Positions 1-6,028 of a DNA stretch of 11,720 nucleotides are shown here, piece after piece. The notes under the pieces are model-generated. The model saw only the letters and a list, made by a program, of their open reading frames with translations. It did not search any database and was not told the DNA's origin. The DNA lies in assembly GCF_020969955.1 (NCBI RefSeq), contig NZ_JAHDSX010000059.1:1-11720 (forward strand). Direction: 5' to 3'. Position 1 is the stretch's first letter. Each line of letters opens with the position of its first letter. The DNA is from Allobaculum fili (lineage in GTDB: Bacteria; Bacillota_I; Bacilli_A; Erysipelotrichales; Erysipelotrichaceae). Both the position numbers and the translations under genes were made by a program.

Positions 1-48
1 TTTGGAGAAATCGATACCGAGATCGATTGCAGGGATGATTGATTCCAT
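1..48 (-). CDS. 5' end (first 16 codons, MESIIPAIDLGIDFSK...) of an unidentified gene continuing beyond the left edge
   Basis: Minus-strand ATG at 48-46 is preceded by GGAGG (60-56) with a 7-nt spacer. The frame stays open to position 1. It is too short for the ORF track or for any family assignment. Confidence 0.4.
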   Translation of the reverse strand, partial: MESIIPAIDLGIDFSK

Positions 49-72
49 GAAAAAGCCTCCTTGAATAAAGGA

Positions 73-81
73 ATTATCCCA
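73..81 (-). promoter_or_regulatory. Candidate extended -10 element (TGgGATAAT on the minus strand) for the leftward gene
   Basis: Reverse complement of 73-81 reads TGGGATAAT, about 25 nt upstream of the minus-strand ATG. No good -35 hexamer was found. Confidence 0.25.
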
Positions 82-226
82 AGGAGGCGGTCGAGAAAAT
101 ACCCGTCTTTTATTTGACGCTTACGTTCAGACCGGCCATGAAGACACCTGGAAATCCGTCTTTACCGAAGGCCAGTCCTGGACCATTTCCATCGACGCCG
201 CACCGACGATCTGGAAAAACTACAAC

Positions 227-2116
227 ATGCTTGCCGGTATGGGCGACAACACCTTCGCCATGCGTTTCCGTGAAGGCTATTATGACTTCCACATTTACGA
301 CGGTAGTGACTGGCAGCCGATTGAATACAAGATGTCGGATGCTGAAAAAGCCGACACGCTCAACAAGCAGCACAACTACACGGCCGTCTTTGATGCCGAC
401 GCCCACAAGATCATCGTCTTCATCGACGGCGTCAAGAAAGCCGAAAAGACTCTGACAGAAGGCGCGTACCCGCACTATTCCGGCTACAACTTCACCCTGG
501 GTGCCTGCCCGTCCACTGGACGCGACAGCGACGCCAAGTTCGCATCCGTAAAAGTCTTCTCCGAAGCGAAGAACGGCGAAACGCTCGCATCCGCAAAAGC
601 GTCCGATGCGTCCACCGTCCTCTGGATCGACAACACCAGTGAAGACACCCCGCTCTTCTCTGCGGATGAAAACCCGACCATTACCGCAGCAGCCCTGAAT
701 TCCGATGCCGATACCCTCGACGCCGGCAATTCCATGGACTTCACTCTGTCGGTTACTCCGGCTGACGCGAAAATCTTCTCTGCCGACTGGACCGTTACCG
801 ACGAAAGCGGCAAGGAAATCAGCGGCGCACTCGTTTCCGGTACAGGCGCGAACGCACAGCTTCTGACCGCAAACAAACTGGATGACGGTACCGTGCTGAT
901 CGTCAAGGCCAGCAAAATTAACGGCACCGATCTGTCCGCACAGAAATCCATCACCATCCATTCTCAGTCCTCCACTGTGGCCGATGACCTTGGTCCAAAC
1001 GATCTGGATACACCGCTCAACCACACCGCAGAACTCGACGAAATGGACGGCAAGACCGTCATGATCGGCGGCATGGATCTCAAGGATCCAAACAAGAAAG
1101 TTCAGAACGCCATCGCAAACGGCAGCTTTACCGTTTCGAGCTGGCTCTACGTTCCAGAAGCCCTCAAGTCTTCCGAAAGCGGGAGCTGGGAATCCGGCAG
1201 CAATAAACGCGAGAAATACAGCACCATCTTCTCGCTTGGCGACAACACCTTCTGCCTGCGCTTCTACCAGAATGCCGGCAAGACCGGTACCGCGGTTCAC
1301 ACATACGTGAAGTCCACGGACGGTGAATGGTACCAGGCAAGCGGCGATGATGTCGAAGACAGCTTCTTCAACAAGTGGCATGAAATCTCTGCCGTTTACG
1401 ACAGTACGAACCAGACTCTGACCGCCTATATCGACGGCGTCGCCACCGGCGATCCAGTCGATGTGAACGGCAGCGTATCCGCCAGCGAAGCGCTGACCCC
1501 ATCCATCGGCTACATGGCCGACAAGCCAGACCGCAAGTCGGAAATGGGCTTCTCGAACATCAAGGTTCTCTCTAAAGCCCTGAGCGCTGACGAACTCAAA
1601 GCGCTGTCTGCTGGTACATCGGATGCCGACAATGAAAACGTTGTTCTCTGGCTCGACTTTGCGGCCGACGAAATCAGCAGCGCCAGAAATGCACTGAACG
1701 CACAGCTCAACATCGCAAAAGATCTGAAGAGCGAAAACTACACAGAGGCTACCTGGAGCGCCTTTGAAAGCGCCAAAGCGGCAGCAGAATCCATCAACGG
1801 CACGTACGCTACCGCAGAAAACGTAAACAAAGCCGCTGCAGACCTGAGAGCCGCCATCGCCGGACTTGAAACCGTTGATGAGCTGGAAACATTCGATCTC
1901 ACGCTTCTGCAGGCCGCCTGCACCAAAGCTGCAGAACTTGACCTCTCTGAATTTGGCACCACAGGCAAAAACGCCTTCAGCAGCGCCAAAGCCTCTGCTG
2001 ATGCCGCTCTGGAGCATCCGACAAGTCAGAAAGCCGTAGACGAAAAAGCAGCCGCACTCAGCAATGCGATGCTCGCTCTGCGCAAGACTCCATCCAGCGA
2101 AAAGCTTCCTAAGTAA
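227..2116 (+). CDS. Modular carbohydrate-binding / surface-type protein: partial LamG (to aa ~136), Big_2 Ig-like (aa ~150-246), LamG (aa ~268-477), two FIVAR-like helical units (aa ~485-548 and ~556-621). No catalytic domain and no signal peptide. Start uncertain; possibly a 5'-truncated remnant.
   Basis: 629-aa ORF. LamG_3-like strings: GDNTFAMRF / GDNTFCLRF, HNYTAVFDADAHKIIVFIDGV / WHEISAVYDSTNQTLTAYIDGV, IKVLSKALSADEL. Big_2-like string: TLDAGNSMDFTLSVTPADAKIFSADWTVTDESG...GTVLIVKAS. FIVAR-like string: YTEATWSAFESAKAAAES...VNKAAADLRAAIAGL. The ATG at 227 has no SD, and LamG-like sequence continues in frame upstream to about nt 104. Confidence 0.8.
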   Translation: MLAGMGDNTFAMRFREGYYDFHIYDGSDWQPIEYKMSDAEKADTLNKQHNYTAVFDADAHKIIVFIDGVKKAEKTLTEGAYPHYSGYNFTLGACPSTGRDSDAKFASVKVFSEAKNGETLASAKASDASTVLWIDNTSEDTPLFSADENPTITAAALNSDADTLDAGNSMDFTLSVTPADAKIFSADWTVTDESGKEISGALVSGTGANAQLLTANKLDDGTVLIVKASKINGTDLSAQKSITIHSQSSTVADDLGPNDLDTPLNHTAELDEMDGKTVMIGGMDLKDPNKKVQNAIANGSFTVSSWLYVPEALKSSESGSWESGSNKREKYSTIFSLGDNTFCLRFYQNAGKTGTAVHTYVKSTDGEWYQASGDDVEDSFFNKWHEISAVYDSTNQTLTAYIDGVATGDPVDVNGSVSASEALTPSIGYMADKPDRKSEMGFSNIKVLSKALSADELKALSAGTSDADNENVVLWLDFAADEISSARNALNAQLNIAKDLKSENYTEATWSAFESAKAAAESINGTYATAENVNKAAADLRAAIAGLETVDELETFDLTLLQAACTKAAELDLSEFGTTGKNAFSSAKASADAALEHPTSQKAVDEKAAALSNAMLALRKTPSSEKLPK

Positions 2117-2197
2117 TCAAAGCTTCTCGTCGAATCCGATTTACGCCATCGGCATTGGCCAGAAACAAACCTTTGACTGGTACGATTTAACAACCCA

Positions 2198-2394
2198 TCG
2201 ATCCCTGCGTTCCTGTTGTGGAGGGCAAGCCAGAGCAGGGACCGGCGATCGTCCATCCGTTTTGCGAAGAAATCCCTCCCATTCAATGCCTTCTTCCCTC
2301 TCGTTCTGTCGGGCAAAACAGAACAGAGAATGGAATGCACCCAGGACGTATTTCTTGTCTTCAAACCAGTCTGCAGAACGTCTCGATCCCTGCG
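2198..2394 (+). repeat. Exact 12-nt direct repeat TCGATCCCTGCG (2198-2209 and 2383-2394) inside the unassigned spacer
   Basis: Read directly from the sequence. The two copies are 185 nt apart. The second copy forms part of a bulged hairpin at 2379-2406. Function unknown. Confidence 0.5.
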
Positions 2395-2464
2395 GATCCA
2401 GAGACGGACTGCCTGAAACGAAATCAAAGGACAGACCACACCGTCCTTACAGAACATACGGGCA

Positions 2465-2510
2465 AAAAGCTGCCGGAAGAGTTCTTTCTTCCGACAGCTT
2501 TTCTTTTGTC
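2465..2510. terminator. Strong hairpin with flanking A-run and T-run; bidirectional intrinsic-terminator-like element
   Basis: AAAAGCTGCCGGAAGA (2465-2480), loop GTTCTT, TCTTCCGACAGCTTTT (2487-2502): 16 paired positions with one C/A mismatch (2473/2494). It is followed by CTTTTG. It lies about 350 nt after the stop at 2116 and about 75 nt before the feo -35. Confidence 0.5.
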
Positions 2511-2579
2511 TAGTCAGACCATTTTCACCAGACGGTTTGCACAATTGGATTCAACATAGTTAGTCTGGACAAATTCCGT

Positions 2580-2607
2580 TTGACGTACATTTCAATTAGC
2601 TTATACT
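2580..2607 (+). promoter_or_regulatory. Candidate sigma-70-type promoter of the feo operon
   Basis: TTGACG (2580-2585), 16-nt spacer, TATACT (2602-2607). It sits about 65 nt upstream of the feoA ATG. Confidence 0.45.
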
Positions 2608-2616
2608 AAACGCTGT

Positions 2617-2632
2617 TAGTTAAACCTAACTA
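2617..2632. promoter_or_regulatory. Inverted repeat TAGTTA-aacc-TAACTA over the predicted transcription start; candidate metal-regulator operator
   Basis: 6-4-6 inverted repeat immediately downstream of the -10. It belongs to a cluster of TAGTyAG motifs around the promoter. It does not match the classical Fur box. Confidence 0.3.
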
Positions 2633-2673
2633 TTGCCGAACGTTCTTGCAATTCCCAGCTGAAAGGAGAATCC

Positions 2674-2901
2674 ATGATGCCTTTATCCCTTTGTGACAAG
2701 GACACGCCCCTGCAGATCGCCAAGATCACAGGCGGCGAAAAAATGCGTACCCGGCTTGCCGAGCTTGGCTTTTTTCCGCAGGCGAAACTCGTCGTCCGTC
2801 AGAAAATCGCAGAAAATCTGATTGTAGAAGTGAAAGGAACCCGTCTGGCGATCGATGCGTCGATGGCCAGACGCATTCTGATGGAGGAATGCCCCCAATG
2901 A
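2674..2901 (+). CDS. feoA: FeoA-family small SH3-like protein (75 aa)
   Basis: AAAGGAG (2662-2668) lies 5 nt before the ATG. FeoA-like string: LQIAKITGGEKMRTRLAELGFFPQAKLVVRQKI...IVEVKGTRLAIDASMARRILM. The stop TGA (2899-2901) overlaps the next ATG (ATGA). Confidence 0.9.
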   Translation: MMPLSLCDKDTPLQIAKITGGEKMRTRLAELGFFPQAKLVVRQKIAENLIVEVKGTRLAIDASMARRILMEECPQ

Positions 2902-3155
2902 CTCTGAATGAATTTGCCCCTGGTCATACGCTTCGCATTGTTCGTCTTTGCGGAACGGGACCCGTCAAGCGCCGCATTATGGACATGGGACTGACCAAAG
3001 GCGTGACCGTCTATATTCGAAAAGTGGCGCCCCTTGGCGATCCTATGGAACTGAATGTGCGCGGCTATGAGCTCTCTTTGCGAAAAGCCGATGCAGCCAT
3101 GATCGAAGTCGAGGAAATTTCCGACAGGGCCCGCGGAAAGGAGAAAAACGCATGA
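2898..3155 (+). CDS. feoA: Second FeoA-family protein (85 aa from ATG 2898; the ORF track's ATG 2889 would give 88 aa)
   Basis: GGAGG (2883-2887) is 10 nt from ATG 2898 but only 1 nt from ATG 2889. FeoA-like string: LRIVRLCGTGPVKRRIMDMGLTKGVTVYIRKVAPLGDPMELNVRGYELSLRKADAAMIEV. There are ATGA overlaps with both neighbours. Confidence 0.9.
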   Translation: MTLNEFAPGHTLRIVRLCGTGPVKRRIMDMGLTKGVTVYIRKVAPLGDPMELNVRGYELSLRKADAAMIEVEEISDRARGKEKNA

Positions 3156-5326
3156 AGACAATCGCACTCGCCGGCAATCCCAACTGCGGCAAAACGACTT
3201 TATTCAACCAGCTCACCGGTGCGCGCCAGTACACCGGCAACTGGCCTGGCGTAACGGTGGAAAAGAAAGAAGGTCCGCTCAGAAACGATTCTTCCATTCG
3301 CCTTCAGGACCTTCCAGGCATTTATTCCCTTTCCCCCTACAGTCTGGAAGAAGTCGTCTCGCGAAGCTACCTGCTTCAGGAAAAGCCGGATCTGCTTCTG
3401 AACATTGTCGATGGAACGAGTATCGAACGTAATCTGTATTTAACGACCCAGCTGCTTGAACTGGGAATTCCGGTAATCCTGGCCGTTAACATGGCCGATC
3501 TGGTCCGGGCCAGCGGCGACACGCTCGATCTGCAGAAGCTTTCCCAAAAGCTGCACATTCCGGTAATCGCCATTTCCGCTCTGAAAAAAGAAGGACTGGA
3601 CGAACTGGAAAAGCTCCTGCATCAAATGCCTTCCCAGCCCGAACCTCTCGATCTGTACAGCGCGAATGTACAGGCAGCGCTTGAAAAAATCGAAGCGATT
3701 CTTGCCCCGAAAACGGATACGCAGACCCGCTTCTGGTATGCGGTTAAAGTCTTCGAAAACGATGAACGCGTTCTGAACGAACTGAAGCTTTCAAAGGCAC
3801 AGACGGCAGAGATTCAGGCCATTCGCAAAGAGATCGAAACGGCAATGGATGATGACTGCGAATCGATCATCACCTCTCAGCGGTATGACGCGATTGCTCG
3901 AATTCTTACAGACTGCTTTACGCGAAAAGCCCGGAAATCAGATCTTACCCTCTCCGACCGGGTCGACCGGATCGTGACGAACCGCTGGCTCGCGCTTCCC
4001 ATTTTCATTTTGATCATGTATATCATCTATACGATTGCGATGGGCAGTACGGCGGTTTCCATTGGTACTATGGGAACCGACTGGGTCAATGACGTTCTTT
4101 TTGGAGAATGGATTCCAAATGGCGTGGAAAACCTGCTCGTCTGGATGCATGTCAATCCAGTGCTGGCTTCTCTGATTCAGGATGGAATAATCAGCGGCGT
4201 CGGCGCGGTTCTCGGCTTTGTGCCGCAGATTCTCGTTCTGTTTTTCCTGCTTTCCATTCTTGAAGACTGCGGCTACATGGCGCGCGTGGCGTTCATCATG
4301 GACCGCCTGTTTCGGCGGTTTGGTCTGTCTGGAAAAAGCTTTATCCCGATGCTGGTTGCGACGGGATGCGGCGTTCCGGGCATTATGACCAGCCGTACGA
4401 TTGAACAAGACCGGGACCGGAAGATGACGATCATGACGACCGGCTTCATTCCCTGTTCAGCCAAAATGCCGATTATCGCCCTGTTTGCGGGTGCGGTATT
4501 CGGCCAGAGTTCTCTGATCGCCGTGAGCGCATTTGTGATCGGCATCGCCGCCGTGGTCTGCTCCGGAATCATCCTGAAAAAGTTCAAGGCGTTTGCGGGA
4601 GAACCGGCGCCGTTTGTCATGGAACTGCCGGCTTACCATATGCCGACGCTGCGCAATATTTTCTCATCGACCTGGGAGCGGGGCTGGTCCTTCATCAAGC
4701 GGGCCGGTACGCTGATTCTTGCTTCGGCGATCGTGCTCTGGTTTTTACAGAGCTTTGGCTTTGAGAACGGACAGTTCGTCATGGTCGAAGACAACAACGT
4801 TTCCCTGCTGGCGTCCATCGGCCGTTCGATCGCCTGGATTTTTGCACCGCTTGGCTGGATCGGAGACATGGCCTGGAAAGCCACGGTAGCGACATTTACC
4901 GGCCTCATTGCCAAGGAAGAAGTCGTCAATACGTTTGGGGTGCTGTACTCCGCCGGGCCCGTGGCAGAAAACGGAATGGAAATCTGGACGGCGATCGCAG
5001 CCGACTTTTCGGCCCTCGCTGCCTGGAGCTTCATGATTTTCAACCTGCTCTGCGCCCCCTGCTTTGCGGCCATGGGCGCCATCAAGCGCGAAATGAACAA
5101 TACAAAATGGACGCTCGCATCGATCGGCTACATGTGCGTCTTTGCCTATTCCATCGCGCTGATGGTGTATCAAATCGGCGGCCTGATCACCGGCGAAGTG
5201 GCCTTTAACGTCTTCAGCCTTGTCGCTTTTGCCCTTCTTGGGCTGCTGATTTACCTGCTGTTTCGAAAAGGCTATGAGGCGCGTAATCGGGCGCTTCCTG
5301 TGGAAATTGCCCTGGAAAAGCGATAA
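3152..5326 (+). CDS. feoB: Ferrous iron transporter FeoB (724 aa): N-terminal GTPase domain plus polytopic membrane permease
   Basis: G1 GNPNCGKT (aa 8-15), G3 DLPG, G4 NMAD. A long hydrophobic C-terminal region has FeoB gate-like segments (e.g. GCGVPGIM, PCSAKMP). The ATG overlaps the feoA stop (ATGA at 3152-3155). Confidence 0.97.
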   Translation: MKTIALAGNPNCGKTTLFNQLTGARQYTGNWPGVTVEKKEGPLRNDSSIRLQDLPGIYSLSPYSLEEVVSRSYLLQEKPDLLLNIVDGTSIERNLYLTTQLLELGIPVILAVNMADLVRASGDTLDLQKLSQKLHIPVIAISALKKEGLDELEKLLHQMPSQPEPLDLYSANVQAALEKIEAILAPKTDTQTRFWYAVKVFENDERVLNELKLSKAQTAEIQAIRKEIETAMDDDCESIITSQRYDAIARILTDCFTRKARKSDLTLSDRVDRIVTNRWLALPIFILIMYIIYTIAMGSTAVSIGTMGTDWVNDVLFGEWIPNGVENLLVWMHVNPVLASLIQDGIISGVGAVLGFVPQILVLFFLLSILEDCGYMARVAFIMDRLFRRFGLSGKSFIPMLVATGCGVPGIMTSRTIEQDRDRKMTIMTTGFIPCSAKMPIIALFAGAVFGQSSLIAVSAFVIGIAAVVCSGIILKKFKAFAGEPAPFVMELPAYHMPTLRNIFSSTWERGWSFIKRAGTLILASAIVLWFLQSFGFENGQFVMVEDNNVSLLASIGRSIAWIFAPLGWIGDMAWKATVATFTGLIAKEEVVNTFGVLYSAGPVAENGMEIWTAIAADFSALAAWSFMIFNLLCAPCFAAMGAIKREMNNTKWTLASIGYMCVFAYSIALMVYQIGGLITGEVAFNVFSLVAFALLGLLIYLLFRKGYEARNRALPVEIALEKR

Positions 5327-5335
5327 CGCTGAATA

Positions 5336-5385
5336 AGCGCATCCCCTCCTCTGCCCTGAAGGCAAGACGGAAAACGGGATGCGCT
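5336..5385 (+). other. Long imperfect stem-loop between the feoB stop and the downstream small gene
   Basis: AGCGCATCCC (5336-5345) pairs with GGGATGCGCT (5376-5385). The inner arms continue pairing (TCC/GGA, TC/GA, TGCC/GGCA with bulges) around a CTGAA loop. No U-tract follows. Confidence 0.35.
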
Positions 5386-5419
5386 CCTGCTTAATTAAAA
5401 ACTGGAAAGGAGAAACACG

Positions 5420-5650
5420 ATGTCCATTGGCGACTGGATTGTGACGCTTGGATTGGGCGCCATCGTATTCTGTATACTCTGGGGCGCACTTCATCAAAAG
5501 AAGACATCCTGCAGCGGAGACTGCGCGCACTGCTCCCATCATGTGGACTGGATGCAGATCCGAAAGGAAATTCATGCTGAAGACGGCTGTGCGAAAAGCG
5601 TCGCATCGACCCGCGCAGACCCAGGCAAAAAAGCCGTCCGTTCATCTTGA
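5420..5650 (+). CDS. FeoB-associated Cys-rich small membrane protein (76 aa), with an unusually long C-terminal tail
   Basis: AAGGAG (5407-5412) lies 7 nt before the ATG. There is one N-terminal TM helix (WIVTLGLGAIVFCILWGAL), a basic patch, then CSGDCAHCSHH. The position directly after feoB is typical for this family. Confidence 0.7.
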   Translation: MSIGDWIVTLGLGAIVFCILWGALHQKKTSCSGDCAHCSHHVDWMQIRKEIHAEDGCAKSVASTRADPGKKAVRSS

Positions 5651-5734
5651 AGCGGATCGTTCCGCTCTTCTTCACCCTGGGCCGTTTCTTCAATACTTTC
5701 TGCTTCTTCTGTCATTTTACGCCCCGCTCCTTTC

Positions 5735-5770
5735 AAAGCCGGCGCTGCTTCAGCCGCCGGCTTTTTCTTT
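5735..5770 (+). terminator. Rho-independent terminator of the feo operon (shape is bidirectional)
   Basis: AAAGCCGGCG (5735-5744), 10-nt loop, CGCCGGCTTT (5755-5764), followed by TTCTTT. Confidence 0.7.
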
Positions 5771-5835
5771 GCCCAGAAGGCGCCCGAAATTTTAAGGCGT
5801 TTTAAAACCGTGTGTCCGGCGTTTCCAGGCTGGCC

Positions 5836-5871
5836 GACAAAAAGAAGCCCCATATGTCCCTGAAAAGGGGC
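5836..5871 (-). terminator. Candidate terminator of the GH2 gene
   Basis: Minus strand reads GCCCC, 15-nt loop, GGGGC, TTCTTTTTG. It lies about 160 nt downstream of the GH2 stop. The short stem and large loop keep confidence moderate. Confidence 0.4.
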
Positions 5872-6028
5872 ATACAGAGCTTCATAGAGGTCAATTGAGC
5901 TGGAATGACTTGTACTTGCATAGCTTAGGCGGTTTATAGCCAGGATCCGCGCGCTTTACGTGGGAATCACGACGTCATCGTCATAAGCATTCAGGCGGAC
6001 TAGCCATCTGGCCGCTGTGCTGCTGCGC

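Noticed and set aside
35-64. Upstream in-frame ATGs (35, 47) followed by TGA at 62-64: possible read-through or recoded start of the LamG ORF (MKKPP-TGA-IKELS...)
   Set aside because: TGA is clearly used as a stop by feoA, feoA and the Cys-rich gene in this same window. No hydrophobic signal-peptide core follows. The same bases are better explained as the SD and ATG of the divergent minus-strand gene.
110-2017. 635-aa minus-strand ORF covering almost the whole LamG-module gene
   Set aside because: It is the codon-aligned mirror frame of the sense gene. Its stops would correspond to sense codons TTA, CTA and TCA, which this gene simply avoids. Its lower end is the sense TTA at 110-112. The product is G/V/F/A/R-rich with no recognisable motif, whereas the plus frame carries clear LamG, Big_2 and FIVAR signatures.
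2428-2490. Minus-frame string ELFRQLFARMFCKDGVVCP, resembling the RWPxGxxCPxCG zinc-ribbon of IS1595-type transposases
   Set aside because: The second Cys pair is missing in that frame, the resemblance is only about 10 residues, and no DDE region or terminal inverted repeats are visible.
2026-2559. ORFs in the spacer (172 aa on the minus strand; 149, 66 and 113 aa on the plus strand)
   Set aside because: They are mutually overlapping in several frames and lack SDs. They run through the 16-bp hairpin or into the end of the upstream CDS, and their composition is R/S/C/P-rich and not protein-like. The region is reported as an unexplained finding instead of as genes.
2556-2633. Inverted 8-mers flanking the feo promoter as a possible invertible (phase-variable) promoter
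   Set aside because: The repeats are only 8 bp long, the segment is only about 60 bp, and no recombinase or invertase gene lies nearby. A regulator-binding interpretation is more economical.
2500-2673. Search for a classical Fur box upstream of feoA
   Set aside because: The best by-eye candidate (GCACAATTGGATTCA, about 2537-2551) matches only about half of TGATAATnATTATCA, so it is not called.
3376-5575. Minus-strand ORFs inside feoB (e.g. 4745-5575 at 276 aa, plus 3938-4408, 4273-4620, 4633-5100)
   Set aside because: They are antisense to a confidently identified FeoB frame. The largest is in the codon-aligned mirror frame and runs across the intergenic hairpin and the small downstream gene. 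There are no family signatures.
5799-5808. Perfect palindrome GTTTTAAAAC (with neighbouring ATTTTAA) between the two convergent terminators
   Set aside because: A short AT-rich palindrome in an AT-rich inter-terminator gap is expected by chance. It is not repeated elsewhere in the window.
5572-5853. 93-aa minus-strand ORF between the convergent operons
   Set aside because: As drawn from M at 5853 it spans both terminator hairpins and an AT-rich palindrome. Only its distal 47 codons, which have their own SD, are kept as a low-interest observation.
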